From positions 8,546 to 72,545 of the forward strand of contig JAVBSG010000008.1 in the NCBI GenBank assembly GCA_031547245.1: a stretch of DNA of 64,000 bases, given 5' to 3'. Shown here piece by piece: positions 54,777-64,000 of the stretch; the first letter of the stretch is position 1; each line of letters starts with the position of its first letter. Source of the stretch: Propionivibrio sp. GTDB taxonomy: Bacteria; Pseudomonadota; Gammaproteobacteria; Burkholderiales; Rhodocyclaceae. A model generated the notes under the pieces. That model saw only the letters and a program-made list of their open reading frames with translations, was not told the origin of the DNA and made no database searches. A program made the translations under genes and the position numbers.

Positions 54777-55865
54777 ATGGAGTTTTGTATGTACTGCGAA
54801 CGAATGTTTCTCCGATTGATGTTCGTCGGCATGCTCTTCGTCCCTTTGGGGGCGATGGCCACGGGAAAAAATGAACCGTTGATGATTCAGGAGCAGGGCA
54901 GTTTCGCCGCAGGCGGGACCGTCATGGAAAAGCCTGGAACCTTCAACCCGCGCAAGCCCGCCGACCCCGCCGGGCAGACATACCACGGTGATCACGCCTA
55001 TGTGTTTTTCCAGAAACCGGTAGACGCCCGTAAATACCCATTGGTGTTCCTGCACGGCGCGGGCCAATTCTCCAAGACCTGGGAAAGTACCCCAGACGGC
55101 CGCGAGGGGTTCCAGAACATTTTCCTGCGCCGGGGTTTCAGCACTTACCTGGTCGATCAGCCACGGCGCGGTGATGCTGGGCGAAGCACTGTGGAGCAAA
55201 CCGTCACTCCTACCCCGGACGAACAGATGTGGTTCACGCAGTTTCGTGTGGGCGTCTGGCCTGATTACTTCCCCGGCGTCCAGTTTCTCAAGGACAAAGA
55301 TACGCTGAACCAGTATTTTCGGCAGATGACGCCGAATACCGGTCCCTTTGACACGGGGGTGATTTCCGATTCTCTTGCCAAGCTTTACGAAAGAATCGGC
55401 GATGGCATCCTGATTACCCATTCACAGGGCGGTGGCCCGGGCTGGTACACCGCGATGAAGAGTCCGAAGGTACGCGCCATCGTCGCTTACGAGCCGGGCA
55501 GCAATTTCACCTTCCCGGAGGGCGAAGTGCCCACGCCTATTGAAAACGCGTTCGCCACCTTGAGCGCCAACGCTGTACCGGTCGCGGATTTCGAAAAGCT
55601 GACCCGGATACCGATCATCATCTACTATGGCGATTTCATCCCGAGCCGGCCCTCCAACATTCCGGCGCAGGACTACTGGAGAGCCTGCCTGGAAATGGCA
55701 AAAAAATGGGCCGCTGTCGTCAACAAGCACGGTGGCGACGTGACCGTGGCACACCTGCCTGAAGCCGGCATCAAGGGCAACACCCATTTTCCGTTCTCCG
55801 ACCTGAACAACATTGAAGTCGCGGATCATCTGTCCGCCTGGCTCAAGGATAAGAAGCTGGATTAG
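54777..55865 (+). CDS. Secreted alpha/beta hydrolase (GxSxG: THSQGGG)
   Basis: Hydrophobic N-terminus/signal peptide. Nucleophile elbow HSQGG. Catalytic His near the C-terminus (GNTHFP). Confidence 0.65.
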   Translation: MEFCMYCERMFLRLMFVGMLFVPLGAMATGKNEPLMIQEQGSFAAGGTVMEKPGTFNPRKPADPAGQTYHGDHAYVFFQKPVDARKYPLVFLHGAGQFSKTWESTPDGREGFQNIFLRRGFSTYLVDQPRRGDAGRSTVEQTVTPTPDEQMWFTQFRVGVWPDYFPGVQFLKDKDTLNQYFRQMTPNTGPFDTGVISDSLAKLYERIGDGILITHSQGGGPGWYTAMKSPKVRAIVAYEPGSNFTFPEGEVPTPIENAFATLSANAVPVADFEKLTRIPIIIYYGDFIPSRPSNIPAQDYWRACLEMAKKWAAVVNKHGGDVTVAHLPEAGIKGNTHFPFSDLNNIEVADHLSAWLKDKKLD

Positions 55866-56049
55866 TCTCAGGCATTCAACACATTGATGATCCAGAGGGG
55901 CTACCCCTAGACGCTCAATCTTCGCAGAATAGTGGCGGAGGGATCGGCGACCCTCTGTGTTTCCTGATCGATTTGCGGGAAACGCTAAAAGCCGACGACG
56001 CCCGGCAGACGAAGGTACTACGAAAAACCGCCGGTATGGTCTGCCGTGT

Positions 56050-57159
56050 TTACACCCTGAACTTGCTGACGACTTCCTCGTCCAGCTCGATTCCCAGCCC
56101 AGGGCCTTCAGGAAGGACCAGGCAGCCGTCGGCAACTTGGATCGGCTGGCGCGCCAGTTTGTCGCGTAGCGGGTTTTCGTCGAGCGTCAGCTCGATCATC
56201 GGGATGTTCGGCATGGCTCCGGCCAGGTGCAGGTTGGCCGCCAGCGACACAGCGCCGGCCGAGAAATGCGGGATGCAGCTCATTTTCCAGGCGGAGGCCA
56301 GAATGGCGATGTTGCGGGTTTCGCTGATGCCGCCATCCCAGATGGCATCGACCTGTGCAATGTCGACGGCGCGGCGGACAATGAAATCCCGCATCGCATA
56401 ACGGGTCAGTTCCGTCTCGTAACCGGCGATGGGTATATCAGTGCGTTCGGCGAGGCGGATGCTGTCGTCGATGTTGTCACCGGAGATCGGTTCCTCGAAG
56501 AAACAGATGTCCAGCGGTTCAAGCAGGCGGCTCATTTTCAGCGCGGCATTGAAGTCATAGGCATTGTTGGCGTCAACGGCCAGATGCATGTCCTTGCCGA
56601 TGGCGGCACGGACCGCGCCGACACGCTCTCGGTCGATGTCCATCGGCATGGCGCCGATTTTCATTTTCATGGTGGCGAATCCCATTTTCCGGTAGCCGGC
56701 GGCTTCCGACGCCAGATCGTCGATGGTTTTCCCCTTCGCATAGTAGCCGCCGCTGGCGTAGGCCGGAACGCAGTTTTTCGCACCGCCGAGCAGTTTGTAA
56801 ACCGGTTGGCCGGCGAGTTTGCCGGTGATGTCCCAGAGCGCGATGTCGACGGCGCTCAGCACGCAGGGCATCAATCCTTTGCGGCCATAGCGGTAGGTGT
56901 TGTGGTAGACCTTTTCCCAAAGGGCTTCCTTGAGCAGCGGGTCTTCCCCGATCAGCAGCGGCGTGACCGTTTCGTTCAACAGCGTTTCAAGGGAATCCAG
57001 GCAACCCAGGGCGAAGCCTTCGCCGATGCCTTCGATGCCGGCATCCGTTTGCACCTTGACCAGGAACACCTCACGGCTGGCGATCGGTGCCAGGCCGTCG
57101 GCAAGGCTGTTGGCGGGGGTGAAACGAAGTTTGATGGGTTCGATGGCGGTGATTTTCAT
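56050..57159 (-). CDS. Mandelate racemase/muconate lactonizing enzyme-family (enolase superfamily) protein
   Basis: N-terminal capping domain. Barrel with KxK and metal-binding D/E/D pattern (MKMKIG...DANNAY...FFEEP...). Confidence 0.8.
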   Translation of the reverse strand: MKITAIEPIKLRFTPANSLADGLAPIASREVFLVKVQTDAGIEGIGEGFALGCLDSLETLLNETVTPLLIGEDPLLKEALWEKVYHNTYRYGRKGLMPCVLSAVDIALWDITGKLAGQPVYKLLGGAKNCVPAYASGGYYAKGKTIDDLASEAAGYRKMGFATMKMKIGAMPMDIDRERVGAVRAAIGKDMHLAVDANNAYDFNAALKMSRLLEPLDICFFEEPISGDNIDDSIRLAERTDIPIAGYETELTRYAMRDFIVRRAVDIAQVDAIWDGGISETRNIAILASAWKMSCIPHFSAGAVSLAANLHLAGAMPNIPMIELTLDENPLRDKLARQPIQVADGCLVLPEGPGLGIELDEEVVSKFRV

Positions 57160-57218
57160 GGGTTTTTTCGTGGCTTTGTGTGATTGTCGCTAGCCTTGTT
57201 CGCCGCAAGGTCGTCGAT

Positions 57219-59798
57219 TCAGTCGTTCAGGTTGTTCAGCAGGTCCGTTTCCAGCTTGATGCGCTTGGCGGCATCTCCCAGGCACGCTCCGGTGATCAGG
57301 AAAGTGTCCTCGACGCGTTCACCCAGCGTGACGATCTTCGCGGTATGCAGGTTGATGCCGTGCGCCGCCAGAACCTTGGCGATGGTGTAGAGCAGGCCGG
57401 GGCGGTCTGCCGCACTGACGGAGAGAACGAAATAGGCGCCTTTTTCATCGTCGGCAATGGTGACCTGCGGCTGGATGGGGAAATGCTTGACTTGCCGGGA
57501 AACGCGCTTGGAGGCTGGGGCTTCGGGCGGCGCCTGGTGGATGAGGCAATCCTTGAGTTCATGTTCGATGAAGTTGATCATGTTCCGGTCGCTGCCGCGC
57601 CCGGTGACGTCGAGCATGATGAAACTGTCCAGCGCGTAGCCGTGCCGTGTCGTGTGGACGCGGGCGTCGAGGATGTTGTAGCCGGCCCGGCTGAAGAAGC
57701 CCGCCATGCGCGCGAATAGGTCTTGCTGGTCGCGCGTATAGACCATGACTTCGATGCCGTCGCCGTGAGGATTGAGGCGTGCCTTGACGACCGGTTCCTC
57801 GCTGTCGATCCGGTGGTGCAGCAGGCGAGCATGCCAGGCGATTTCTTCAGCCGAATGGCGCAGGAAATACACGGTGTCGAGCTGTCCCCACAGGCGTTCG
57901 TGCGCCGATTCGTGGACGCCGTGATAGAGCATCAGGTGCCGCGCTTCGTCCTGGCGCTCCCGGATGAGGCCCTGCGCCGGCACCTGGCCGCCCGCCTGGA
58001 GCATGCGCTGCGCCTGCGAGTAGAGGTTTTCGAGCAGTTGCCCCTTCCAGGAATTCCAGACGGTCGGGCTGGTGCCGCGGATGTCGGCGACAGTCAGCAG
58101 GTAAAGTGCGGTGAGGTGGCGTTCGTCCTTGACGATTTCGGCGAATGCGGCCACGACGTCCGGGTCGGAAATGTCCTGTTTCTGCGCGATCCCCGACATC
58201 AGCAGATGATGGTGGATAAGCCAGACGATCAGCTCCGTGTCCTCTTCGGCGATTCCGTGCGCCTCGCAGAATTCCTGTGCATCGACGGCGCCGAGTTCGG
58301 AATGGCCGCCGCCGCGGCCCTTGGCGATGTCATGGAAGAGGGCGGCGATGTAAAGCACCCAGGGACGCTCGAATTCGCTGATCAGCTGGCTGCAGAGCGG
58401 ATATTCGTGGGCGAACTCGGTGGCCGACAGGCGGCGCAGGTTGCGCAGCACCTGCATGATGTGCTGGTCGACTGTGTAGGCGTGGAACAGGTCGTGCTGC
58501 ATCTGCCCGACGATGGCGCCGAATTTGGGCAGGTAGCGGCCGAGAATGTCGAACTGGTTCATGCGCCGGAGTTCGTGCAGGATCCCGCGCGGCTGCTTGA
58601 AGAGTTCAATGAAGCGCGCCTTGTTGACCGGGTTGTTGCGATAGTCGTCGTCGATCAGCTTGCGCGCCCGCCACAGGGAACGGATTGTCCGCGCCGTCAA
58701 CCCTTCCAGTTCGGGGTGCTGCTGCATGATCAGGAAGGCTTCCAGTATGGCTTCCGGCGTTTCGGTGAATACCCGTTCGTGGGTTACGTCGAGCATCTGG
58801 CGGATTTTCTGGAAACGCTCGTTGATCGGCTGTGGCTCCTGGTCCGGCGACGGGAAGATGACGGCCTTCATATTCTGCAGCATGATCGTGTTGAGCTGCA
58901 TGATCGTCTTGGCCGTGCGGTAGTATTCCTGCATCAGCTGTTCGCTGGCGCGGAGTTTCGGCGTGGTGCGGTAGCCCAACTGCTCGGCGAGCGCCGTCTG
59001 GTAGTCGAAAAGCAGGCGGTCCTCGCGGCGTCCGGCCAGGAAGTGCAGTTGGATGCGCAGGCGCTGCAGGAATTTTTCCCGGCGTTCCAGCCCTTGCTCT
59101 TCCTGGTAGGTGATGAAACCGTGCCGTTTCATGTCTTTCCAACTGCTGCCGTAGCCAGCCACCTGAGCAATCCAGAGAACCGTCTGCAAGTCCCGCAGGC
59201 CACCGGGGCTATCCTTGCAGTTGGGTTCCAGGCTGTAGGGGGATTCCTGGTACTTGCGGTAGCGTTCTTCCTGCTCGGCCTGCTTCGTGTGGTAGAAGGC
59301 CTGTGGGTCCAGGCTTCCCTTGAATTCCCGTGTCATGCGGGTGAACAGCGGATAGCTGCCGATGACGAGCCGTGCTTCCACCAACGCGGTCTGCACGGTC
59401 AGGTCGCCGTCGGCTTCGTTCAGGCATTCTTCCACGGTGCGTACGCTGTGGCCGATCTCCAGCCCGATATCCCAGAAAAGCCCCACCAACTGCTCGATCT
59501 GCCGGGTCTGCGCCGGGTCTGCCGCCTCGGGCAGCAGAATCAGCAGGTCGATGTCGGAATACGGCCACAGCTCGCCCCGGCCGTAACCGCCGACTGCCGC
59601 CAGGGCCATGGATACGGGAAAATGCAGTTCTTCCCACAGATCGCGCAGAATTTCGTCCACCAGGTGGCTGCGTTCATACAGCAGGCGCTCCGGATCGGGA
59701 TCGGCATCGTACTGCTCGCGTAGCGCGAGCTTGCCTTTCTGGACTCTTGATTTGTATCGGGCGAGAAATTCCCCGCGGTCTGCGGAATCAAGGATCAT
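57219..59798 (-). CDS. glnD: Bifunctional [protein-PII] uridylyltransferase / uridylyl-removing enzyme GlnD
   Basis: 859 aa. N-terminal nucleotidyltransferase (GGYGRGELWPYSDIDL). HD domain (HDIAKG). Two C-terminal ACT domains. Confidence 0.9.
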   Translation of the reverse strand: MILDSADRGEFLARYKSRVQKGKLALREQYDADPDPERLLYERSHLVDEILRDLWEELHFPVSMALAAVGGYGRGELWPYSDIDLLILLPEAADPAQTRQIEQLVGLFWDIGLEIGHSVRTVEECLNEADGDLTVQTALVEARLVIGSYPLFTRMTREFKGSLDPQAFYHTKQAEQEERYRKYQESPYSLEPNCKDSPGGLRDLQTVLWIAQVAGYGSSWKDMKRHGFITYQEEQGLERREKFLQRLRIQLHFLAGRREDRLLFDYQTALAEQLGYRTTPKLRASEQLMQEYYRTAKTIMQLNTIMLQNMKAVIFPSPDQEPQPINERFQKIRQMLDVTHERVFTETPEAILEAFLIMQQHPELEGLTARTIRSLWRARKLIDDDYRNNPVNKARFIELFKQPRGILHELRRMNQFDILGRYLPKFGAIVGQMQHDLFHAYTVDQHIMQVLRNLRRLSATEFAHEYPLCSQLISEFERPWVLYIAALFHDIAKGRGGGHSELGAVDAQEFCEAHGIAEEDTELIVWLIHHHLLMSGIAQKQDISDPDVVAAFAEIVKDERHLTALYLLTVADIRGTSPTVWNSWKGQLLENLYSQAQRMLQAGGQVPAQGLIRERQDEARHLMLYHGVHESAHERLWGQLDTVYFLRHSAEEIAWHARLLHHRIDSEEPVVKARLNPHGDGIEVMVYTRDQQDLFARMAGFFSRAGYNILDARVHTTRHGYALDSFIMLDVTGRGSDRNMINFIEHELKDCLIHQAPPEAPASKRVSRQVKHFPIQPQVTIADDEKGAYFVLSVSAADRPGLLYTIAKVLAAHGINLHTAKIVTLGERVEDTFLITGACLGDAAKRIKLETDLLNNLND

Positions 59799-59811
59799 CT
59801 GGTTTTTCCGT

Positions 59812-60612
59812 TTATCCGGCCCACTCAGGAGGCGGGCGCGTGCCGTCCGAGACGGTCAGCACTTCATAGCCGGTTTCGGTGACGAGGATCGTGTGCTCCC
59901 ACTGCGCCGAAAGGCTGTGGTCCTTGGTGACGACCGTCCATCCGTCTGCCAGCGAGCGGATGGCGGCCTTGCCGGCGTTGATCATCGGTTCGATGGTGAA
60001 AATCATGTTGGGGCGAAGAACGGCTCCCGTTCCCGGTTCGCCGTAGTGAACGACTTGCGGGTCTTCGTGAAAGCGGGCGCCGATGCCGTGGCCGCAGAAT
60101 TCGCGCACGACTGAGAAACCGGCCGCCTCGGCATACCGCTGCACGGCGTGGCCGATATCGCCGAGGTGCGCGCCGGGGCGAACCTCCATGATCCCTTTCC
60201 ACAGGCACTCGAAAGTGACTTCGCAGAGCCGGCGGGCCTGGATCGAGGTTTCGCCGATCATGAACATCCGGCTGGTATCGCCGTGGTAGCCGTTTTTGAT
60301 GGTCGTGATGTCGATGTTGACGATATCGCCGTTCTTGAGCTGGCGTTCGCCGGGAATGCCGTGGCACACCTGGTGATTGACTGACGTGCAGATGGATTTC
60401 TGGTAGGGCGTATAGCCGCTGGGAGCATAGTTCAGCGGCGCGGGAATACACCCCTGCACGTTGACCATGTAGTCGTGGCAGAGCCTGTCCAGCTCGCCTG
60501 TGCTGACTCCGGGTTTGACGAATGGCGTGATGTAGTCGAGCACTTCGGCGGCGAGGCGGCAGGCCACCCGCATCTTCTCGATTTCATCGGGGGTTTTCAG
60601 AACGATACTCAT
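59812..60612 (-). CDS. map: Type I methionyl aminopeptidase
   Basis: 266 aa. Conserved metal ligands in the DIVNIDIT, HGIG and EPM contexts. Confidence 0.9.
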   Translation of the reverse strand: MSIVLKTPDEIEKMRVACRLAAEVLDYITPFVKPGVSTGELDRLCHDYMVNVQGCIPAPLNYAPSGYTPYQKSICTSVNHQVCHGIPGERQLKNGDIVNIDITTIKNGYHGDTSRMFMIGETSIQARRLCEVTFECLWKGIMEVRPGAHLGDIGHAVQRYAEAAGFSVVREFCGHGIGARFHEDPQVVHYGEPGTGAVLRPNMIFTIEPMINAGKAAIRSLADGWTVVTKDHSLSAQWEHTILVTETGYEVLTVSDGTRPPPEWAG

Positions 60613-60796
60613 GTTTTTTTGAAAATGATTGGGTAAAAAAGAAAACGTAGCGCTTCAACAATGGGACTCGATTTTTGCGAACAAGTTTTGGCGCATCATG
60701 CGTCGGATTTCCACAATGGGATGGGCCAGTCTGTAATACGGGAGAAAGGGCAGTCCATGCCCCGCTCAAGGCAGGCGGGAGCGAGGCATGGGCGGA

Positions 60797-61312
60797 TCAT
60801 TTGCACTGCGTGTCGACGTAGCTGCGGGTCTTTTCGATTTCCTGCGCGCGTTGCGCATCTTCCATGAAATACCGCTCGCCTTTGTCATTCATCATGGCGA
60901 CCCGCCGTCCAGATTCGAGGATCTGCAATTGCTTGCGCGCGTTGTCGCAATTTTCTTTCTTCTTGGCGGCTTCGTCTGCTTCCTTTTTCGCCTTTTCCTC
61001 TTTCTCCTGCTGTTCCTTCTGGCGCTTACGGAATTCCATGTCGCGGTCAGCCAGCGATTTTTCCTTCGTTTCGCCCGATGCCTTGGGTTCGCCTTTCGGT
61101 TTTTGATCGTCCGTCGGCTGTGCGCCGTCGTTTTGCGGCGCGGCTTCGACAGGGGCTTTTTTCTGCACGTTTACCTGGCCGGGCGGTGGTTTGTCGGAAA
61201 TCACTTTTTTGCCGTTGGCGTCAGTCCATTGATAGATTTCCGCCCCCGCCTGCGGAGCGATGAAAGCGGCCGCGAGGATAGCGGCAAGAAGAGCAATTCG
61301 TTTCATGTTCAT
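60797..61312 (-). CDS. DUF4124-domain secreted protein with Lys/Glu-rich coiled-coil
   Basis: Signal peptide MKRIALLAAILAAAFIAPQAGA + EIYQWTDANGKKVISDKPP (DUF4124 N-terminal motif). Charged repeat. C-terminal Cys pair. Hairpin at about 60755-60792 downstream. Confidence 0.6.
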   Translation of the reverse strand: MNMKRIALLAAILAAAFIAPQAGAEIYQWTDANGKKVISDKPPPGQVNVQKKAPVEAAPQNDGAQPTDDQKPKGEPKASGETKEKSLADRDMEFRKRQKEQQEKEEKAKKEADEAAKKKENCDNARKQLQILESGRRVAMMNDKGERYFMEDAQRAQEIEKTRSYVDTQCK

Positions 61313-61322
61313 CCTGGATTTG

Positions 61323-61341
61323 TTGAGGCCTGCTGTATAAT
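61323..61341 (+). promoter_or_regulatory. Possible sigma70 -10 element (TG-TATAAT) for guaB
   Basis: TATAAT at 61336-61341, 28 nt before the guaB ATG, preceded by TG. The -35-like TTGAGG is too close (7-nt spacer), so only the extended -10 is credible. Confidence 0.25.
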
Positions 61342-61369
61342 ACGTTTTTGTAACATTGGATTATAGGTC

Positions 61370-62830
61370 ATGCGTGTAATTCAAAGGGCACTTACTTTCG
61401 ACGACGTTCTTCTCGTCCCTGCTCATTCCACTGTTCTGCCTCGCGACGTCAATCTGCAAACCCGTCTGACGCGCCATATTTCCCTCAATATTCCCCTGGC
61501 CTCGGCGGCCATGGATACAGTGACCGAAAGCCGCCTGGCCATTACCCTGGCGCAGGAGGGCGGCATCGGGATCGTACACAAAAACCTCTCTCCCAAGGCG
61601 CAGGCTGCGGAAGTTGCCAAGGTCAAGCGCTTCGAATCCGGGATACTCAAGGACCCGATCACCGTTCCGCCCACAATGTCGGTGCGCGAGGTCGTCGCGC
61701 TGGCACACATGCACAAGATTTCCGGTTTTCCGGTGGTGGAAGGCCGGGTCGTCGTGGGAATCGTGACCAACCGCGATCTGCGCTTCGAAACCAACCTCGA
61801 TCAGCAGGTGCGCAACATCATGACGCCGCGCGACCGTCTGGTGACGGTCAAGGAGGGTGCCACCGTCGACGAAGGCAAGGCGCTGATCCACAAGCATCGC
61901 CTCGAACGTGTTCTGGTCGTCAATGACGCTTTCGAATTGCGCGGCCTGATTACCGTCAAGGACATCATCAAAACCACCGAGCACCCCGATGCCTGCAAGG
62001 ATCCGCACGGACGCCTGCGCGTCGGCGCGGCCATCGGCGTGGGCGCGGGAACGGAAGAGCGTGCCGAGCTGCTGGCAGAAGCGGGCGTCGACGTCATCGT
62101 GGTCGATACGGCCCACGGGCATTCGCAAGGCGTACTGGAGCGCGTGCGCTGGGTCAAGAAAAAATTCCCGGCGATCGACGTCATCGGTGGCAACATCGCC
62201 ACGGCCGACGCAGCAAAAGCACTCGTCGACCACGGGGCCGACGGTGTCAAGGTTGGTATCGGGCCGGGATCGATCTGTACCACGCGTATTGTCGCCGGTG
62301 TAGGAGTACCGCAAGTCACCGCCATTCAGATGGTCGCCGATGCGCTGGCCAGCACGGGCGTTCCGCTGATCGCCGACGGCGGCATCCGTTATTCGGGCGA
62401 TATCTGCAAGGCCATTGCCGCCGGCGGCTACAGCGTCATGCTTGGCGGCCTGTTTGCCGGTACGGAGGAAGCGCCGGGCGAGGTCGAACTGTACCAGGGG
62501 CGCTCTTACAAGTCGTACCGGGGCATGGGGTCCATTGGTGCCATGGCTGACGGCGCTGCCGACCGCTACTTCCAGGACAACAACGGTAACATCGACAAGC
62601 TGGTGCCGGAAGGTATCGAAGGCCGCGTTCCCTACAAGGGGTCGGTCATCGCCGTCATCCACCAGCTTCTGGGCGGCCTGCGCTCCTCGATGGGCTATCT
62701 TGGCTGCGCTACCATCGGCGACATGCACCAGCGCGCCGCTTTCGTCGAAATTACGGCTGCTGGTGTGCGCGAATCGCACGTGCATGACGTGCAGATCACC
62801 AAGGAAGCACCGAACTACCACGTCGATTGA
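61370..62830 (+). CDS. guaB: IMP dehydrogenase
   Basis: Conserved catalytic Cys loop ([11 protein letters not shown]). CBS pair insertion. About 486 aa. Confidence 0.9.
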   Translation: MRVIQRALTFDDVLLVPAHSTVLPRDVNLQTRLTRHISLNIPLASAAMDTVTESRLAITLAQEGGIGIVHKNLSPKAQAAEVAKVKRFESGILKDPITVPPTMSVREVVALAHMHKISGFPVVEGRVVVGIVTNRDLRFETNLDQQVRNIMTPRDRLVTVKEGATVDEGKALIHKHRLERVLVVNDAFELRGLITVKDIIKTTEHPDACKDPHGRLRVGAAIGVGAGTEERAELLAEAGVDVIVVDTAHGHSQGVLERVRWVKKKFPAIDVIGGNIATADAAKALVDHGADGVKVGIGPGSICTTRIVAGVGVPQVTAIQMVADALASTGVPLIADGGIRYSGDICKAIAAGGYSVMLGGLFAGTEEAPGEVELYQGRSYKSYRGMGSIGAMADGAADRYFQDNNGNIDKLVPEGIEGRVPYKGSVIAVIHQLLGGLRSSMGYLGCATIGDMHQRAAFVEITAAGVRESHVHDVQITKEAPNYHVD

Positions 62831-62845
62831 TCGATATCCTTCAAC

Positions 62846-62873
62846 GGGGCGGCGATAGCCGCCCTTATTCTTT
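62846..62873 (+). terminator. Rho-independent terminator after guaB (GGGCGGC-GATA-GCCGCCC + TTATTCTTT)
   Basis: 7-bp GC stem then a T-rich tract, 16 nt past the guaB stop. Confidence 0.6.
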
Positions 62874-62885
62874 CAGGGTTTGAAC

Positions 62886-64000
<1,115 letters not shown>

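Noticed and set aside
57723-59723. 666-aa + strand ORF antisense to glnD, and 61361..62821 minus-strand ORF antisense to guaB, 22158..23297 + antisense to manD
   Set aside because: All are high-GC antisense ORFs with low-complexity translations. The opposite-strand genes are strongly supported housekeeping or enolase-family genes.
61323-61328. TTGAGG as a -35 box for guaB
   Set aside because: Only a 7-nt spacer to the TATAAT. Retained only as a possible extended -10 promoter with low confidence.

Overview
High-GC (about 62-65%) chromosomal segment from a betaproteobacterium-like genome. The conserved smc-zipA-ligA order and the Bug-type TctC point to that group, but I cannot place it more precisely from sequence alone. 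Most of the window is ordinary and densely coded. Housekeeping genes: 5'-truncated comEC, queF, smc, zipA, ligA, galU, hpt, an MTAP-family phosphorylase, def, glnD, map, guaB and the start of guaA. Transport: tctCBA, a DAACS symporter and a TerC-CBS-CorC protein. Regulators: a MalT-like LuxR, GntR, LysR and a NIT/PAS/GGDEF/hemerythrin sensor. The window also holds a sugar-acid module (GntR, Ldh_2 dehydrogenase, ManD-type dehydratase), a type IV pilus minor-pilin cluster (pilE, fimT, pilV, pilW, pilX, pilY1) and a catabolic cluster of unknown substrate (three alpha/beta hydrolases, a bicupin-CMD fusion and an enolase-superfamily enzyme). The most interesting region is 30.9-34.9 kb. An RtcR-type regulator (CARF domain plus sigma54 AAA+ enhancer-binding protein) sits divergent from a good sigma54 -24/-12 promoter. 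That promoter does not drive rtcB/rtcA/rsr. It would drive two tandem non-canonical tRNA-like RNAs, then an SPFH (band-7) protein with an unusual N-terminal extension, then a small zinc-ribbon protein. This looks like a variant tRNA-damage-responsive (Rtc-like) module with novel effectors. Other points worth a second look: a low-GC three-gene islet (18.5-20.1 kb), a tandem-repeat Ala/Pro-rich lipoprotein gene, a type I dehydroquinase next to tctCBA, and the hemerythrin-GGDEF sensor. No CRISPR array, rRNA, or IS/transposase was seen.
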